This document shows positions 37,586-50,936 of a DNA stretch of 64,000 bases, piece by piece. The notes below the pieces were generated by a model. That model was not told the DNA's origin. It did no database searches and saw only the letters and a list, made by a program, of their open reading frames with translations. Positions within the stretch are counted from its first letter, which is position 1. Each line of letters begins with the position of its first letter. The stretch is taken from the NCBI RefSeq assembly GCF_006345805.1, contig NC_043001.1:92070001-92134000 (forward strand). Direction: 5' to 3'. A program made the translations under genes and the position numbers. Source of the DNA: Octopus sinensis. Its lineage: Eukaryota.

Positions 37586-39418
37586 CTTTTTTGGGGGGGG
37601 GGGGCGAAACGTTTACAATATGGATTGAGCCTTTACAGATTGCTACAGGGCAACGACACCACATTCCCATAAAAGTTGCTGATGTGTTTAAATAAATTCA
37701 CCCTCTTAAAAAATCCCACATCTATTATTTTAAAAAGATAAAGAACGACGTAATAGATTATGTAGTCCTGGATATATCTGAAAAAAATTGGAGGATGGTT
37801 ACTGCCGGAACATTTTGATCATAGGTGATCCTGGGTCAAATATGATCTGGAGTTAAATAACAACAACATTAGAATTATGCTTCTGTCGAGCTGAATCGCA
37901 ACTATGTTTCAATTTCTAGTCGGCCCTGTCTTATTTTATTTACATTGCTTTTCTACTTGAAAGAAACATAAACCTCATACAATCCCATTTGTACTCCTGT
38001 GTTGATACAAAAATCGCTGTAGGATTATAGCAAACTATAGTGAGACTGATTTCTCACATTGAACAAAAAAGTGGAATCTTAGAGCAGAAGATGGGATTTT
38101 CTGAACTTTACGCTTTTCCAAGGTCATTATCGGATTGCAGTATTTGTGTGGATTGGTTTCAACTGGCCAATTAGTAGAAAAAATATTGTTTATATAGTTG
38201 AAATGTTGTTCTTATTATGCTTCCTGGAAAAGTGGTCGGATTTGTAGCCAGTTTATCTCATCAAGAAATGCAATCTGAATGAGTTGGAGGTTTGCTTGAT
38301 ATTAATGATGTTTTAAAAGAGCTGGAGATTTGTGGTAAAGTCGAGTGTATAAGCACTTTATACGGCGGAAGCCTTACATAGACATTAGAGGTTTTAAGAC
38401 AAGCTATTTATAGTATGAATCGATTCTTGCAATCGAGAGATCTAATATTCCCGCACTGGTTTAGGGCAACAGAATTCAAGGAGAATTTTCCTATCTCTAT
38501 AAACTACTTGTACTTAAGCTATTCAGTCCTACTTTGGAGTGGTGGTTGGATTACATATAGAAAGTTATCTGGTATGCCGTCTTTATATGTCGAACAATTT
38601 CATTGATATCATCGGCAGATGTTTATTTGATTGATCTACCCATTGAACATAAAGGATATTTATTTTAACCAACCTCCATGGAGTGCGTAGAAAATTCTGC
38701 AACTGCATTTAATCATGAAACGTAGAGAGAAGAATCTAAAACCTGATATACTCCCGTTTCTGCTATTTTGTAACTTTCCTTCAATTTATAATTAAAAGTT
38801 CCAGTCAGCCATAAGCATTTGAAACTAATGCAGGCTGCTAAATGGTTCGTGTAAAATAAATAGCCTTTATGCAGAGGATTAAATTTACTGTAATTATTAT
38901 TGTTCAATATATGATAGGGTATAGGACAAAATGGTTTGGTGGTACTTAGTTGCATGCATTACCGTTTTGAGTTCAAATCCTGCCGAGACCCTTTTTGCCT
39001 TTTATCCTTCCATGTTGGAAAAACTGAAATAGCTGTTACTAACCCAGTTCCCTACATTCCTGGCTACGTGCATCAACGCTAGAAATTTACATTATTATTC
39101 TGCTTTGATCTACGTATGTAGTGATTAAAAATGAAACACAACTAGAGACATACTGTATTATACATGTAGTATATATAATAGCTGATTGATAAACCCTCCG
39201 CAGCTCATTAGGGTATTTTATTGTATTTCGATCACTGGGACAGTAGGTTCAAGTCCAGTTATATGAACTTTTCTCTGAAATGAAAATAGCAAAGTAATAT
39301 AGTAAATTAGATTTATTAAAAAAAGGTTATCAACATAGTCGAACTGTAGCATGATGATAATTATCGGTAGATTATGTCTTAGATTCTATTCTGCAATTAA
39401 TATTGTTGAACGAGTCTG

Positions 39419-39625
39419 AAGGCGGCGATCTGGTAGAATCGTTAGCACGCCGGGGTTAGCGGCATTTCGCCCGTCATTACGTTCTGAGTTCAAATTCCGC
39501 CGAGGTCAGCTTTGTCTTTCATCATTTCTTGGTCGATAAATAAGTACGAGCTGAGTACTGGGGTCGATGCAATTGACTAAATCTCATTCTCGAAATAGTT
39601 GGCCTTGTCAAAACTGTGAAACCAA
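39419..39625 (+). mobile_element. Nin/Deu-core SINE
   Basis: aaggcggcgatctggtagaatcgttagcacgcc..gagttcaaattccgccgaggtc. Confidence 0.8.
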
Positions 39626-39629
39626 TGTT

Positions 39630-40008
39630 ATTTAAAGGGTTTGCTATATGCATTATTTCCTTAGCACATTTTTAGGTATTTGATAAGATATTTACAATAG
39701 AAAGGCAAGGATAGAAGAGCCAGTATCTTCTCATGAACAATTGTTTATAGCTCTTTCAAGAGCACGTTTACTTCTTGACATAATGTTAAAAATAACCAGC
39801 AAGAAGTGCCAGTTGTATAACAAAGAATAGTTTTCAAAGATATTAAACCCTGCACCTTCTGTACTGTCTATGTGAACTTTACATTATCTTGATCAAGCAC
39901 ATCAGAAAAATATAATTTCAGAAGAAATTATGTTTCAAGTTTCTCAGTAACCTACCCGCAATCTTCTAGTTTTCAAAATAACCGTGGAATTTCCACGGAT
40001 ATGGCTGG
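39630..40008 (+). mobile_element. Helitron 3' remnant (Pif1 helicase end plus terminal hairpin)
   Basis: EPVSSHEQLFIALSRAR (~39717-39767) matches the Pif1 motif PVFSHGQLYVALSR. Hairpin ccgtggaa-t-ttccacgg (39982-39998) is followed by CTGG|T (CTRR end). Confidence 0.75.
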
Positions 40009-40639
40009 TCGCAATTATTAGTAAATACTCAGTAGAGCGACAGATAAAACGTTTTGTGACAGTTAAGTAGGAATATCGGAGAAAATTTCTCATCTCTCCA
40101 AACCCACGTATTAAAAGACTTCACACTTTCACAAACAGATTCCCTCGCCAATCCAACAATTTCTAATGAGGAAGTAAATAACGGAATGCCTCCAACGGCC
40201 TAGCGATAAATGTGAAGGTAGAGTTACAGGTGACAATCCTTCAAAGACCTCCCAAGCCGATCAAAGAAAGCAAGAACATTAGAAACACCAGTAACATCAC
40301 CAACTGCAACGACGACAAAACTAATACAACCACCACCAGCAAAATATCAGCCATAATAAGAGTAGTAATGGTGATACTACTACTTCCTTTATTTGCTAAA
40401 ATGACAGCAAATATATAATTAGGAAAATATAAAGAGAAAGGACTGTGGCGCCCCACATAAATACTTACAATAAACTATAATAATACTCTTGTATTTCTCT
40501 CCGTTACAGCTTATGAATGAGAAAGGAAGGGGTGATAGATGAATAAGGAAGGAAGGGTTGATGGCAAACTGGTAGCGGGAGCGTTTCAACTCTGTGTGAG
40601 TATATGCGTGTGTATGCAAAAGGGAGGTATGAGATTGTT

Positions 40640-40687
<48 letters not shown>

Positions 40688-40919
40688 TGTGTGCAATGGA
40701 AGTGGAATGGTGAACATTCAACGCTGAAAAGAAAAATCAAACAGCGTTTCAACTCTAAAATACTACAATTAGCCGTCATTTTTGACGGCACGGGGCTAGC
40801 TAGTAAACTATATAAGCAATTAGAATTAATAAGAGAATTATAGCAACAAAATTCCACAACAGGTGGAAACGCCATCGAGGCGATCGAAGAAGCCCACAGG
40901 TCACGAGTCATTGCAGGTA

Positions 40920-42200
40920 CTCCTCTTTGCTCCGCTAAAGAAGGACCTTTCACTCGAGCCATACTCGTAATATTCATCCATCTTTTTACACATTTACTAG
41001 CGGGCTGTACCGATCTCTCCAACACTACTATCCCTTCAAAGTAGAACTTGCAAAATTCGATGACTGCTTGGTCAGAAATGAAAATACCTGGAAATGAAAT
41101 ACTAGGATTGCTGCTCTGTCAAAGACATGAGCTGCGGAAAAGTGCGTCTAACAAATGCCTACATGTGTTTATCAACAAGGAAATTATGGAGATGTAGCCT
41201 CGGCGCATATCTGCGCATCATTAGTCACGACTTGCCCAGTCCTCCATGCAAAGAGTATTTGAGCAAATGGGTTGCTTGACCTGCAGAATACGCTACCTCT
41301 ACAAAATATGGAAAATTAAGCGCTCCGCTCTGGTCAGCTACGAAGTCGGATAAAGCACGATGTTCAGGCTGTAGTAGATGACGGATTCAGTGTACGCATT
41401 TTCCACCTACGCCCGATTCTTCAGGGATAGATTCCTTTCGAACCATTTCTGGGTTAGACTAGCAATCCTGCTCGTTCTTTTCTATCTGGGGGTTTTGAAT
41501 CAAACCAAACGAAACCGAACTTAGAGTAATTTAATCAGTCGGTCCAGTAACCTACGATTCTGTTGAACGGCATGGTTCTGCTTCCCCTGGTATCGAGCTG
41601 CAGGTCCAACATATTCTCCTGGTTAGTATTTGCTCTTGTCATCGTTTTGTATTACGAGCAGTGTCGAGCAGCTCGATGTGTTTTGTGTCTGACATTATTA
41701 CGTCATCCGCGAGGGCTTTGAGCTTGAAGTGGGCCACCACGTTCCCAGCCTGCTTTGCCATGATCACATGATCACATGATCTCTATCTGCCTACATTTGT
41801 TTGTGGGCTCTTTTCACTGGGGCGTCTGCTACTATTTATTATTGGAGACGAGTTTCAACCGACTTACAGTGTTACACCATCGACTTACAAGCAGTGGCTA
41901 TCAAAATCTCGGATGGGACGGCAACTTGGTTTAATAAATATCTGGATGATTGAATAATTTCTCGGTTGAACAGTTTGAGTCTATAAAGAGCTTCCATCAG
42001 TGAAGGCAGACCATGTATCGGCACATTTACATGTAGACCTTAGCAAGACATTTTTGAGGATGACCAGCATGCAAGACTTTCCTCTTTATAGTACCGATGT
42101 TTATTCAAAGAAAAGGCCGTCGGTTTCAGCCTATATAGTTTTGCAACAAGTTTCATCGCAGGTAGTACTCTTAGAAGGGAAAGAGCTATTTTACTCAATC
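40920..42200 (-). mobile_element. Degraded L1/Tx1-clade LINE (RT to C-terminus)
   Basis: Minus strand: ALADDVIMSDTKHIELL..YKTMTRANTNQE..LQL (YADD box), LHGGLGKS*LMMRRYAPRLH, LERSVQPASKCVKRWMNITSMARVKG. Confidence 0.75.
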
Positions 42201-43224
42201 ATCTGACAGTCCTGCCCAGAATAAGTACTAGACTTACAAAGAATAAGTCCTGGGGGCAATTTGCTCGACTAAAGGCGGTGCTCCAGCATGGCCGCAGTCA
42301 AATGACTGAAACAAGTAAAAGAGTATACCGCCCTGGATTGCTACCATTTTTATCAAACCCAGACGGAATTATAAGTAATGTTAACTTGGAGGTAAATTGA
42401 TCTCAGGGATACAACGAACAAATGCCAATTTCCAACCCATTACCCGATGCCTTGGGTACATTGAGCAAATTTTGCGGAGACCACTCTGTTGTAAATATTC
42501 CAGTTAGGTCACCATTTCGAGTCACTGTAAAGGGTCGTGGCCACTTCCTTTTCTCCTCGATAAAAAAATCTTATGATACAAGTGCATGAATGAAAAGCAA
42601 TGTTGACATCAGTGGAATTCGAACACAGAATACAAATAGTCAGTACAAGGAGGGACTCAGCACACCGTCCTTAACGACTCTCCAATTTAGTGGGCGTAGT
42701 TTGAATAGTTAATTAATTAATGATTTGTCTGCTAAATGTTTGGCGTTTTGGCAACCTGTTAAATTAACTAGTCGGCTTTCTGAACATGTTAATCAGGTTT
42801 CCAGCTTAATTTTTAGTTGGTTAATTGAATTTCTGGTTGGCTGAACAGATGGTTGAATGGTATCTAAGCCTAATGCTTAGATTGCTGGTGGGTTAGTTAT
42901 CTGAATGATTAAATGTCTGACTGATAGGTTCAGGCTTAGTGCAATGTTAGCCCCACCCCCGGAAGAAATATGGTTACATCTCACTAAATATGCTGAGGAA
43001 GTCGGAAATAGAGAGTAAATAAAAGAATTGTTTTTTAGTGGTGCTGTTTAAGCCTGGGTCAGCCCTGATTATGGAGACCTGTTGGTGGTGGTTCAGCAGA
43101 ATCATCAGAGTATTGAACTGAATATGTCGTGGTATTTGTATTCCTGAGATCAATTTACCTCCAAGTTAACTTGACTTGTCATTCCGCCTGCGATTGATAA
43201 AAATGGTAGCAATCCAGGGCGGTA

Positions 43225-43430
43225 TACTCTTTTACTTGTTTTAGTCATTTGACTGCGGCCTTAGTCGAGCAAATTGACCCAAGGACTTATTCTTTGTAAA
43301 TCTAGTACTTATTCTATCGGTCACTTTTTGCCGAACCTGTAAGTTAGAGGGACGTAAACACATCAGCATCGGTTGTCAAGCGATGTTGGCGGGACAGACA
43401 CAGACACAAAAACATACACATTTACACACA

Positions 43431-43516
<86 letters not shown>

Positions 43517-43682
43517 TACAACGGGCGTCTTTCAGTTTCCGTCTACCAAATCCGCTCGCAAGGCTTTGGTCGACACGAGGCTATAGTAGAAAACAGTTGC
43601 CCAAAGTGCCACGCAGTGGGACTGAACCCGGAACCATGTGACTGGTAAGCAAGCTACTTACTACACAGCCACTCCTGCGCCT
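43225..43682 (-). mobile_element. Full-length CORE-like SINE
   Basis: Minus-strand head aggcgcaggagtggctgtgtagtaagtagcttgc, (TA)n(TG)n middle, tail ..aagtaaaagagta. Confidence 0.9.
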
Positions 43683-44419
43683 GGTATATCAATAAATTTA
43701 TAAGAACGTCGGCACGGACGCCTTGACATGACTATTTGCGTTCAGACCCTTCAATGGCCGACTTAGGTGGTCGACCTAAATCTGTCGCTCAGTTCCAACC
43801 CATCACCTGATGCCTTGGGTACATTGAGTAACTTTTGCGGAGTCCACTCTGTTGTAAATATTTCAGTTAGGTCACAATTTCGAGTCACTGTAAAGGGTCA
43901 TGGTCACCTCCTCTCCTAATTAAACGATAAAAAACAATCTTATGATAGAAGTGCATACTATCCATGATCACTACGTCGAGTTCGTTTTCATTTATGGATT
44001 GTATCTAGGATCACATCATATAATGTGCTGTCTATAGCATGTGGTTAAAAAGCCATTTGACTGTTACTTCTAGCAGGACTAGCGCTTCTATTGAGCAGGC
44101 CGCTTGTGGCATTTTGATATAATTAACGACTTCAGAAAACTAGAATTTGAGCGCCTTGGGAAATATGTGACTCATAATTTTGTTATATGCAAAATTATTA
44201 AAACAAGGAAGGCATTCGTTTGATATGTATTCTCACAAATATACACATACATACATACATACATACATACATACATACATACATACATACATACATACAC
44301 ACACACACATGCATACATACATACATACATACATACATACATACATACATACATACATACATACATACATACATACATGCATGCATACATACATACATAC
44401 ATACGTACGTGTGTTTGTT

Positions 44420-44450
<31 letters not shown>

Positions 44451-44499
44451 AAGTGTGAACGTATGTATATACTTGTTTGTGTGTGTGTGTGCACGAGTG

Positions 44500-44715
44500 T
44501 AGGGGTGCGTGGATTTGTGGTTAGGGTGTTTCCCTTATGATTGTAAGATTGTGGTTCCTGGATCGAGGGACGTGTTGTATTCTTGAGCACAACGCTTCGT
44601 TTCACATTGCTCTGGTCCACACATAGCTGGCAAAAGTGAGTAATACTGCGACCGGCCGGCGTCTTGTCCAGGGTGAAGGGGAATATATAAGTCACAGGAT
44701 CCAGGAAACCTATGG
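44500..44715 (+). mobile_element. Diverged tRNA-derived SINE (Meta-domain-like)
   Basis: gtggttagggtg..ttcttgagcacaacgctt..ctgcgaccggccggcgtcttgtccagggtg. Confidence 0.5.
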
Positions 44716-46020
44716 CTCAGGAAGGACTTTTTATCCTTTTTGATATGTATATCATGAAGTGAAAATGATTGAGAATCACTGAAGTTGCGGTTCCATCGAT
44801 TATGCTGAAGTGTTGTAGATGTGTTGTGTGGTTATGGTATTGGCAACTGAAAGCTGGTTGAGTGTAGTGGCTGAGTGTAGTGTTTGTTGTGGAAATAGTA
44901 TAATAGCTTTTTAACCACATGCTATAGACAGCACATTATATGATGTGATCCTAGATACAATCCATAAACGAAAACGAACTCGACGTAGTGATCATGGATA
45001 GTATGCACTTCTATCATAAGATTGTTTTTTATCGTTTAATCAGGAGAGGAGGTGGCCATGACCCTTTACAGTGACTCGAAATGTGTATGGACGGTGAACA
45101 ATTGGTTTGGTGATAGTAATAATGAAAATAAGAGTAATATTTTTATTGCGACAAGAACAATGTTTGTGGTGCAACGGGAGTATATCAGGTTTTAGATTCT
45201 TCTCTCTACGTTTCATGCTTATTACTCATTGATGGAAGGAGCTCTTACCGGGCAATAAGTTTCGTCCGTCTTTATGTTCTGAGTTCAAATCCCGACAGTG
45301 TCAACTTTGCGTTTTATTCTTTCAGGGTTGATAAAATAAGTACCAGATGAGAGATCGGTAAAACCGACTTCCTCTCTCTCACTCGAAATTGCTGGTTTTG
45401 TGTCAAAATTTGAAACTATAATTGATAGATGGAGCTGGAGGAGAAGTAGCAGGAGTGTAAAATAGGTCGGTGTTGTAAGATAAAGATTATAATAATAGTT
45501 TATAAGCGTGAATATTTATTTATCCACCATATCCAGTGATATCCGCACGTCTAATCATGTGATAGGCAACGAATTTGAAGAGTCATTACAATGTCGGATA
45601 GAATACGTTACGATAATTGTCTTACAGCCCTGCACAATGGGTTGAATTATCGCCGAGGCTGAATCGTCTTTCATCTTTGCGGGTTTGATAAAGTACCAGT
45701 CTCGATTGGACACGATTGTGCTCTCTTTCACGCTCACTCCCCCCTCTCTCTCTTTCATCCACAATCAATCACACTTTACTGGGAAAGGGTCAGTGAGGTC
45801 ATACTGTTTCCAAAGAAGGTTGAGCGAGAGGTATCAGTTCTACCAATACTCATTATCAAAATTGACCACGATTCCTAATACACAGAGACATGCATGGGTC
45901 CATGTATCTATGTATGCATGTACACATATACATGCGTACATGCATGCACGTGCGCACACACACATACACACATACATATATACATATGTACATAAATACA
46001 TACATACATACATACATACA

Positions 46021-46052
<32 letters not shown>

Positions 46053-46063
46053 CATACATACAT

Positions 46064-46604
46064 GAAGACTTCAATGAAATGTAAGTACAACAAGCCTGAT
46101 ATAATGATTTGGGATATATAAGAGAAACAGTGCGCAGTTTTGGTAATTTGCTGCCCAGCAGAGGTTAACATAAAGCTGAAGATAAGTGAAAAAGAGAACA
46201 TCTATGCTGAACTATTGAGAAATATGCTGTTGCCCTATTCAGATTACAAGTTTAGGTTTATACCTGTAATTACTGGAGCCCTGGGATATGTAACGCATTT
46301 CCTAAATGCTAATCTTGAGAAATTAGAATTCTCAAAGCCAGAAGGGAGAAAGCTAATCAATCCATCTGTAAAACTTTCCTGAAGTTTATCATTTAAATAT
46401 ATATAAGCATGTCTAGATATGCCACTATGCATAAGAATATATACATAAAACATACAAATTTGCACATACATACATACATACATACATACATACATACAAA
46501 AATACCCTGATGCTGTTGTTGAAATTCCAGTGAAGGAGCCTTGGATCTAGGTTAGAAACCAATTCTTTCTCTATTGGCAAGAAATCATGAAATAAACTGA
46601 ATAG
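46064..46604 (+). mobile_element. 3' end of an RLE-type (R4-like) LINE adjoining (TACA)n
   Basis: KYNKPDIMIWDI*EKQCAVLVICCPAEVNIKLKISEKENIYAELLRN..FIPVITGALG; 3' UTR shared with 28645-29078. Confidence 0.8.
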
Positions 46605-46685
46605 TGACACATGCTTACACATATATGTATATATTATATTATATATGTACGTGTATGCATGTATGTAATTATCTTTGTATGTATG

Positions 46686-47070
46686 TACTGTGTTTCCTGG
46701 GAAAATAAGACCCGGTCTTATTTTAATTTTGCATCCAAAAAACACACTATGGCTTATTTTCGGAGATTGTCATATTTTTGCAGAAAAAAAAATCCAAGAT
46801 AAAAAAAATAGTCTCATGTCCTCGTGTAAAAAAGAAAATTAGTAAAAAGGAAAGCCATGTTTTTAGTTATCAAAAGTTTATTCATTTGCTTATTGTTTTT
46901 AGTCAAGTACAGACATTTCGTCCTCTTCTGGAACATCGTCATGAATTATGAAACCTCGAACATCAGACTGAAGTTTTTGCCGATCCATTTCCTGTAGAAT
47001 CATGGACCTCAATCACGCATGTTTGGCAATACAACTTTCCTTAAGTGAACACTTTTTGTCCAAGTGCACC
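46686..47070. mobile_element. pogo/Tc2-type DNA transposon end fragment
   Basis: Terminal motif tactgtgtttcctgggaaaataagacccggtcttatttt; the other end was not found. Confidence 0.5.
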
Positions 47071-47299
47071 GCTCGTGGGGTCGATCTAATCAACTGGGCT
47101 CCTGGCCAAACTAGATTTGGTCGGTCCGAGGTTATAGTAGAAGAGACCTGCCCAAGGTGTTACGTAGTGGGACTGAACCGGAAACTATGCGATTGGGAAG
47201 CAAGATTCTTATCACACAGCCACGCCTTTATATATGTGTGAATTTGTATTTATTTGTATGTGCGTGTTTGTGTAAATGCGTATAGTTCCATCAGTCTGA

Positions 47300-48050
47300 T
47301 AATCTTGAGGCCCGACTAGAGTCGGCTTATCAAATAAACCGGTGTATTGGATCTCTGTCTTAGAAAATAATAAAATCATATTTTTTTGCTGGGTCAAGAA
47401 ATATCTTACTACTTCTCAACAATCTCAATATGTGCCGTCTTTATTTTGCTGAATGCTTTGTTGTGTTCTCAAACTTTTAAATCTTCGATATGCAAGCAAC
47501 CAAGATACCACGATATCCACATATTTATGATACTGCGTGTCTTTGTTAACGGAAGTCTCACCTGGAATTGGTACACTTTCGCACCTCTTTTCTCTAAACT
47601 ATTTCAATAACTGATACATCTAATTCTGTAATAATGTTTTGTGTTTTGCAATATTTCTTGCATCAGATATAAATTAGATATAAATTGTAATAACGTGTAT
47701 TTTTGTTTTTAATGTCAAACGTGGTTCAATCATAATTCGTATATTCACGCGGAATAGTGTTCAATTTTTGCAGTCCTGCAATATTTTGATTTCTTGGTGC
47801 AATTCTAGAAGTAAATATTTCTTGTCACACCTTTCCAAAACTGACTATTGTAATTAAAATTGGAAAATATTTTCATTGATGGAGGAATAATATGTAAATA
47901 GGTAAAGGTATTCGCTATTGGTTATATCAGATTGGAATTTGGATGGTGCAAACAATAACGGATTCAAGTTGACGAGCAGTGATTGGGGTTAGTAAAACAG
48001 ATGTTGAAATGCCCGAAGCATTTCTGACATCCAAGTCAGCCGGACTATCG
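47300..48050 (-). mobile_element. Possible very degraded Penelope-like ORF remnant
   Basis: Minus-strand PADLDVRNASGISTSV (like PFLDV..TSVY), TNSEYL, ELHQEIKIL; ends in a hairpin ccgactctagtcgg preceded by ttgataag, possibly a decayed hammerhead. Confidence 0.35.
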
Positions 48051-48094
48051 AATTAATCGAACTGTATTAGACACACGCACACACACACACACAC

Positions 48095-48140
<46 letters not shown>

Positions 48141-49486
48141 TACATACAAACACACACATACATACATGCATACAAACATACATACATATATATATATATA
48201 TTATATATATATATATCATGAAAGAAAGAGTAAGAGAGAAAGTGTGTGTGTGTGTGTGTGTGAGTGCGTGTAAGAGAGTGGCTTAGTGTAAAAATGTTCG
48301 AGCACAGAGTTGTTTTTCGGCTTCTTATCGTCATTCCGTTGCTACCCCCCCCCACTCACTGTCTCAGCCACAATATTTGTTATGATTGGAATAAATAGAG
48401 ACGAAGTATTGAGAGCAAAGTTAAGCATGTGTCTCAAACGTTACGACCTTCATATCACAGTAGGCGATTAGATTAAAGGTGCAACGATGGAACTTAATTA
48501 CCACACACAGTGTTGATCTCTAGCGGCGGATATTAAAGATCACACTGCTCTGGTTTTCGTGAAAACAATATTTTTGATATTTTTGTTTTCATGTAGCTAT
48601 TTCTCATTATTTCACCCAACCCTCTGTTCCATTTATAGTATAGCAGCTGATACTACTGCCCAAATGAAACTTTATATCAAATTGTCGCACATTTCATTTC
48701 CTAATATCAGCGGCCTTCTTCTCACCGCACCTTACTGATGTTGGGTACTGGCGATTGAAGCGGCAAAAACATTTCTGTAAAACACTTTCTATATTTTCAT
48801 TTAGGCTTATTTATATTTATATTTTTAATTTCTATTTCGTTTGTATTGCAGACCATGTTTATTTATTAGAACTCACTTTGATGCTGAATTGGCAGAATCG
48901 CAAGAGCGCCGGACTAATTGCTTTATATTATTCTGTTTTATCCCAGCGGGAAGAAATTCGCCTTTCATCCTCATCTCCGCTCTCAATGAAACACTACTAA
49001 CACTCTAACAGGAGCAAAAAAAAAAAAAAAAAGAAAAAAAGAAAGAAAAAAAATGAAAGAAAAATCTGTGAAACATTGAAGACGATTCAGACTGTACTCT
49101 TACTGCAAAAAATATCCATGTGTGTGTGCGCGGGTATGTGTCTGTAAATGTATATATTTATTCATGTATGTATGTGTGTGTGTATATATATATGTGTGTG
49201 TCTGTCTGTGTATGTATGTATAGATATGTATATAAGTGTGTATGTATATATGCATATATGAATATACGTATAATTGGATATATGCACATATACCGGGATT
49301 AGACAAACGTAAACGTCATGTTTTAGCCAGCTATTTTTTTATTGATAATGTAACAAATCCAGAACTGCTCTATTCTGTACATATCTCTTCACATGCATTA
49401 TGTACGCCTTCTATCATACTTCCTTGTGAAAAACTCTAATTTTCTTTATATTCTGATAGCTATATCTAATAAGTTAAAATCCACGA

Positions 49487-50370
49487 TATGTCTGATTTCG
49501 GAAAAGGACAAATGGTTGCAGTATAGTATAGCTACAGATTCAGTCACTAGAATTGCTGAATGTGCTTAATGTTTAGAGAGATGCAGCCTCTAAAATCATG
49601 CCTGTATTCGAAAACCAAGGTAAAGTCGGTTCTGGCAAGCATAATTCTGGACAGAGAGAGAGACTACGGAATAATATTGCGTCTAAAATCCATTGAACTA
49701 CAGCAGCAAAAATATTTACAGAACTAAACTACCAACTTACCAACCTCATGTCAAAACAAATCGTCCATTGTGAACTCCATAAAGCCGGATACTATAGAAT
49801 AACTGGAATTTCTGAACCTGCCTTGTTCTCAATCACATTGATAAGTGAACAAAATAGTGTATGGATTATCAGAAACGATAAATGGCTCAATGGAACAATT
49901 CCACATTCTCTAATAATTTATCATTCACTCTTTTCCCTCACTTCGGAGCGACTTTATGACTGGACAGAGTCCAAAGAAGCCTTTAGCTTTGACTGTTTCA
50001 TCCATCGTGAAGCATGGAGGTGGCACTGAAATGATTTGGACAGCCATATTACGGCATTCTCTCGTCCCTTTAATTGTTCTACACTGCAGAGTTAACGTCA
50101 AGGACAATCTGAGTATTTCGTTCGATCGCGTTTTTTCTGTGGCGCAAGCATTGCTCCCTGACGTTGTTTGCGCCATACGAAAGATGACAATGAACCGATT
50201 CACATAGTTTATATAATTCAAGAGCACAAAAATGAAGTAAGCATCATTAATTGATCCCTGCAATCAGAATATCAATATAATCGAATACTTAAGAATTTAT
50301 TGAGCATTTGGGAGCAGCAAGAACAGAGTTGCCCCCCACTCCTTCAATGATGAAAGAACTGCAGGTTTTA
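49487..50370 (+). mobile_element. Old degraded Tc1-like transposase, related to 55850-57119
   Basis: MSDF..GQMVA, SKQIVHCELHKAGY, VKHGGGTEMIWTAI, plus traces of DDN and NIIE. Confidence 0.7.
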
Positions 50371-50622
50371 CTTGGGGGCAGTGAACAGATCCGGGGGTGG
50401 GTTGAACAAAAGTGGGGTGGTAATGTGGTGACCAAAAGTGGGCGATGAATGTAAAAAGCCCCAAAATAAGGGGATTAAGTTAAGTTTTATTTATGAAGTA
50501 CAGTTCTTTTGAATTTGCTGCAAAAATAGGTCTATGTCTGTGGTGGTGGGTGGTAATGGGAGCACAATGAATGTGGCCTGGAAGTTAACGGGCGGCATCC
50601 TGAAAAAGTTTGAGAACTACTG
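50370..50622. mobile_element. hAT-type MITE end fragment
   Basis: Terminus aaaagtttgagaactactg (reverse complement cagtagttctcaaa). Confidence 0.5.
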
Positions 50623-50662
50623 CATTAAATGCATACATGTATGTATGTATATATATATATAT

Positions 50663-50874
50663 ATCAAAATAAGCAACAAGGAGGATATCCAGAGGTAATG
50701 CAGCACGATCGTTTCATGCAGTACGTGATATGAAAGTCGTACTGCATTACCTCTAGATATCCTTGTTGCTTATTTTGATTTTAACCACCTTACTTTGAAT
50801 TTGTATGGATAATACCGTACTAAATTCTGGTGCCTCAACTTAAGTACCTTATTCATCTGAATCTAAATTTTTGC

Positions 50875-50875
<1 letters not shown>
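50663..50875. mobile_element. PLE pLTR-like fragment with inverted duplication inside (TA)n
   Basis: Arms 50663-50717 and 50729-50779 are inverted; they carry the hammerhead 3' half GAAA-cgatcg-T(A/G)-ctgc. Confidence 0.6.

Positions 50876-50936
<61 letters not shown>

Larger units (their letters stand above)
42219..45082. repeat. Cluster of local duplications: 42219-42415 inverted copy of ~43136-43314; ~42430-42587 direct copy of ~43793-43956; 44906-45082 inverted copy of 43877-44053
   Basis: Read directly from the sequence; the last pair is 177 bp with about three mismatches. Confidence 0.9.
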
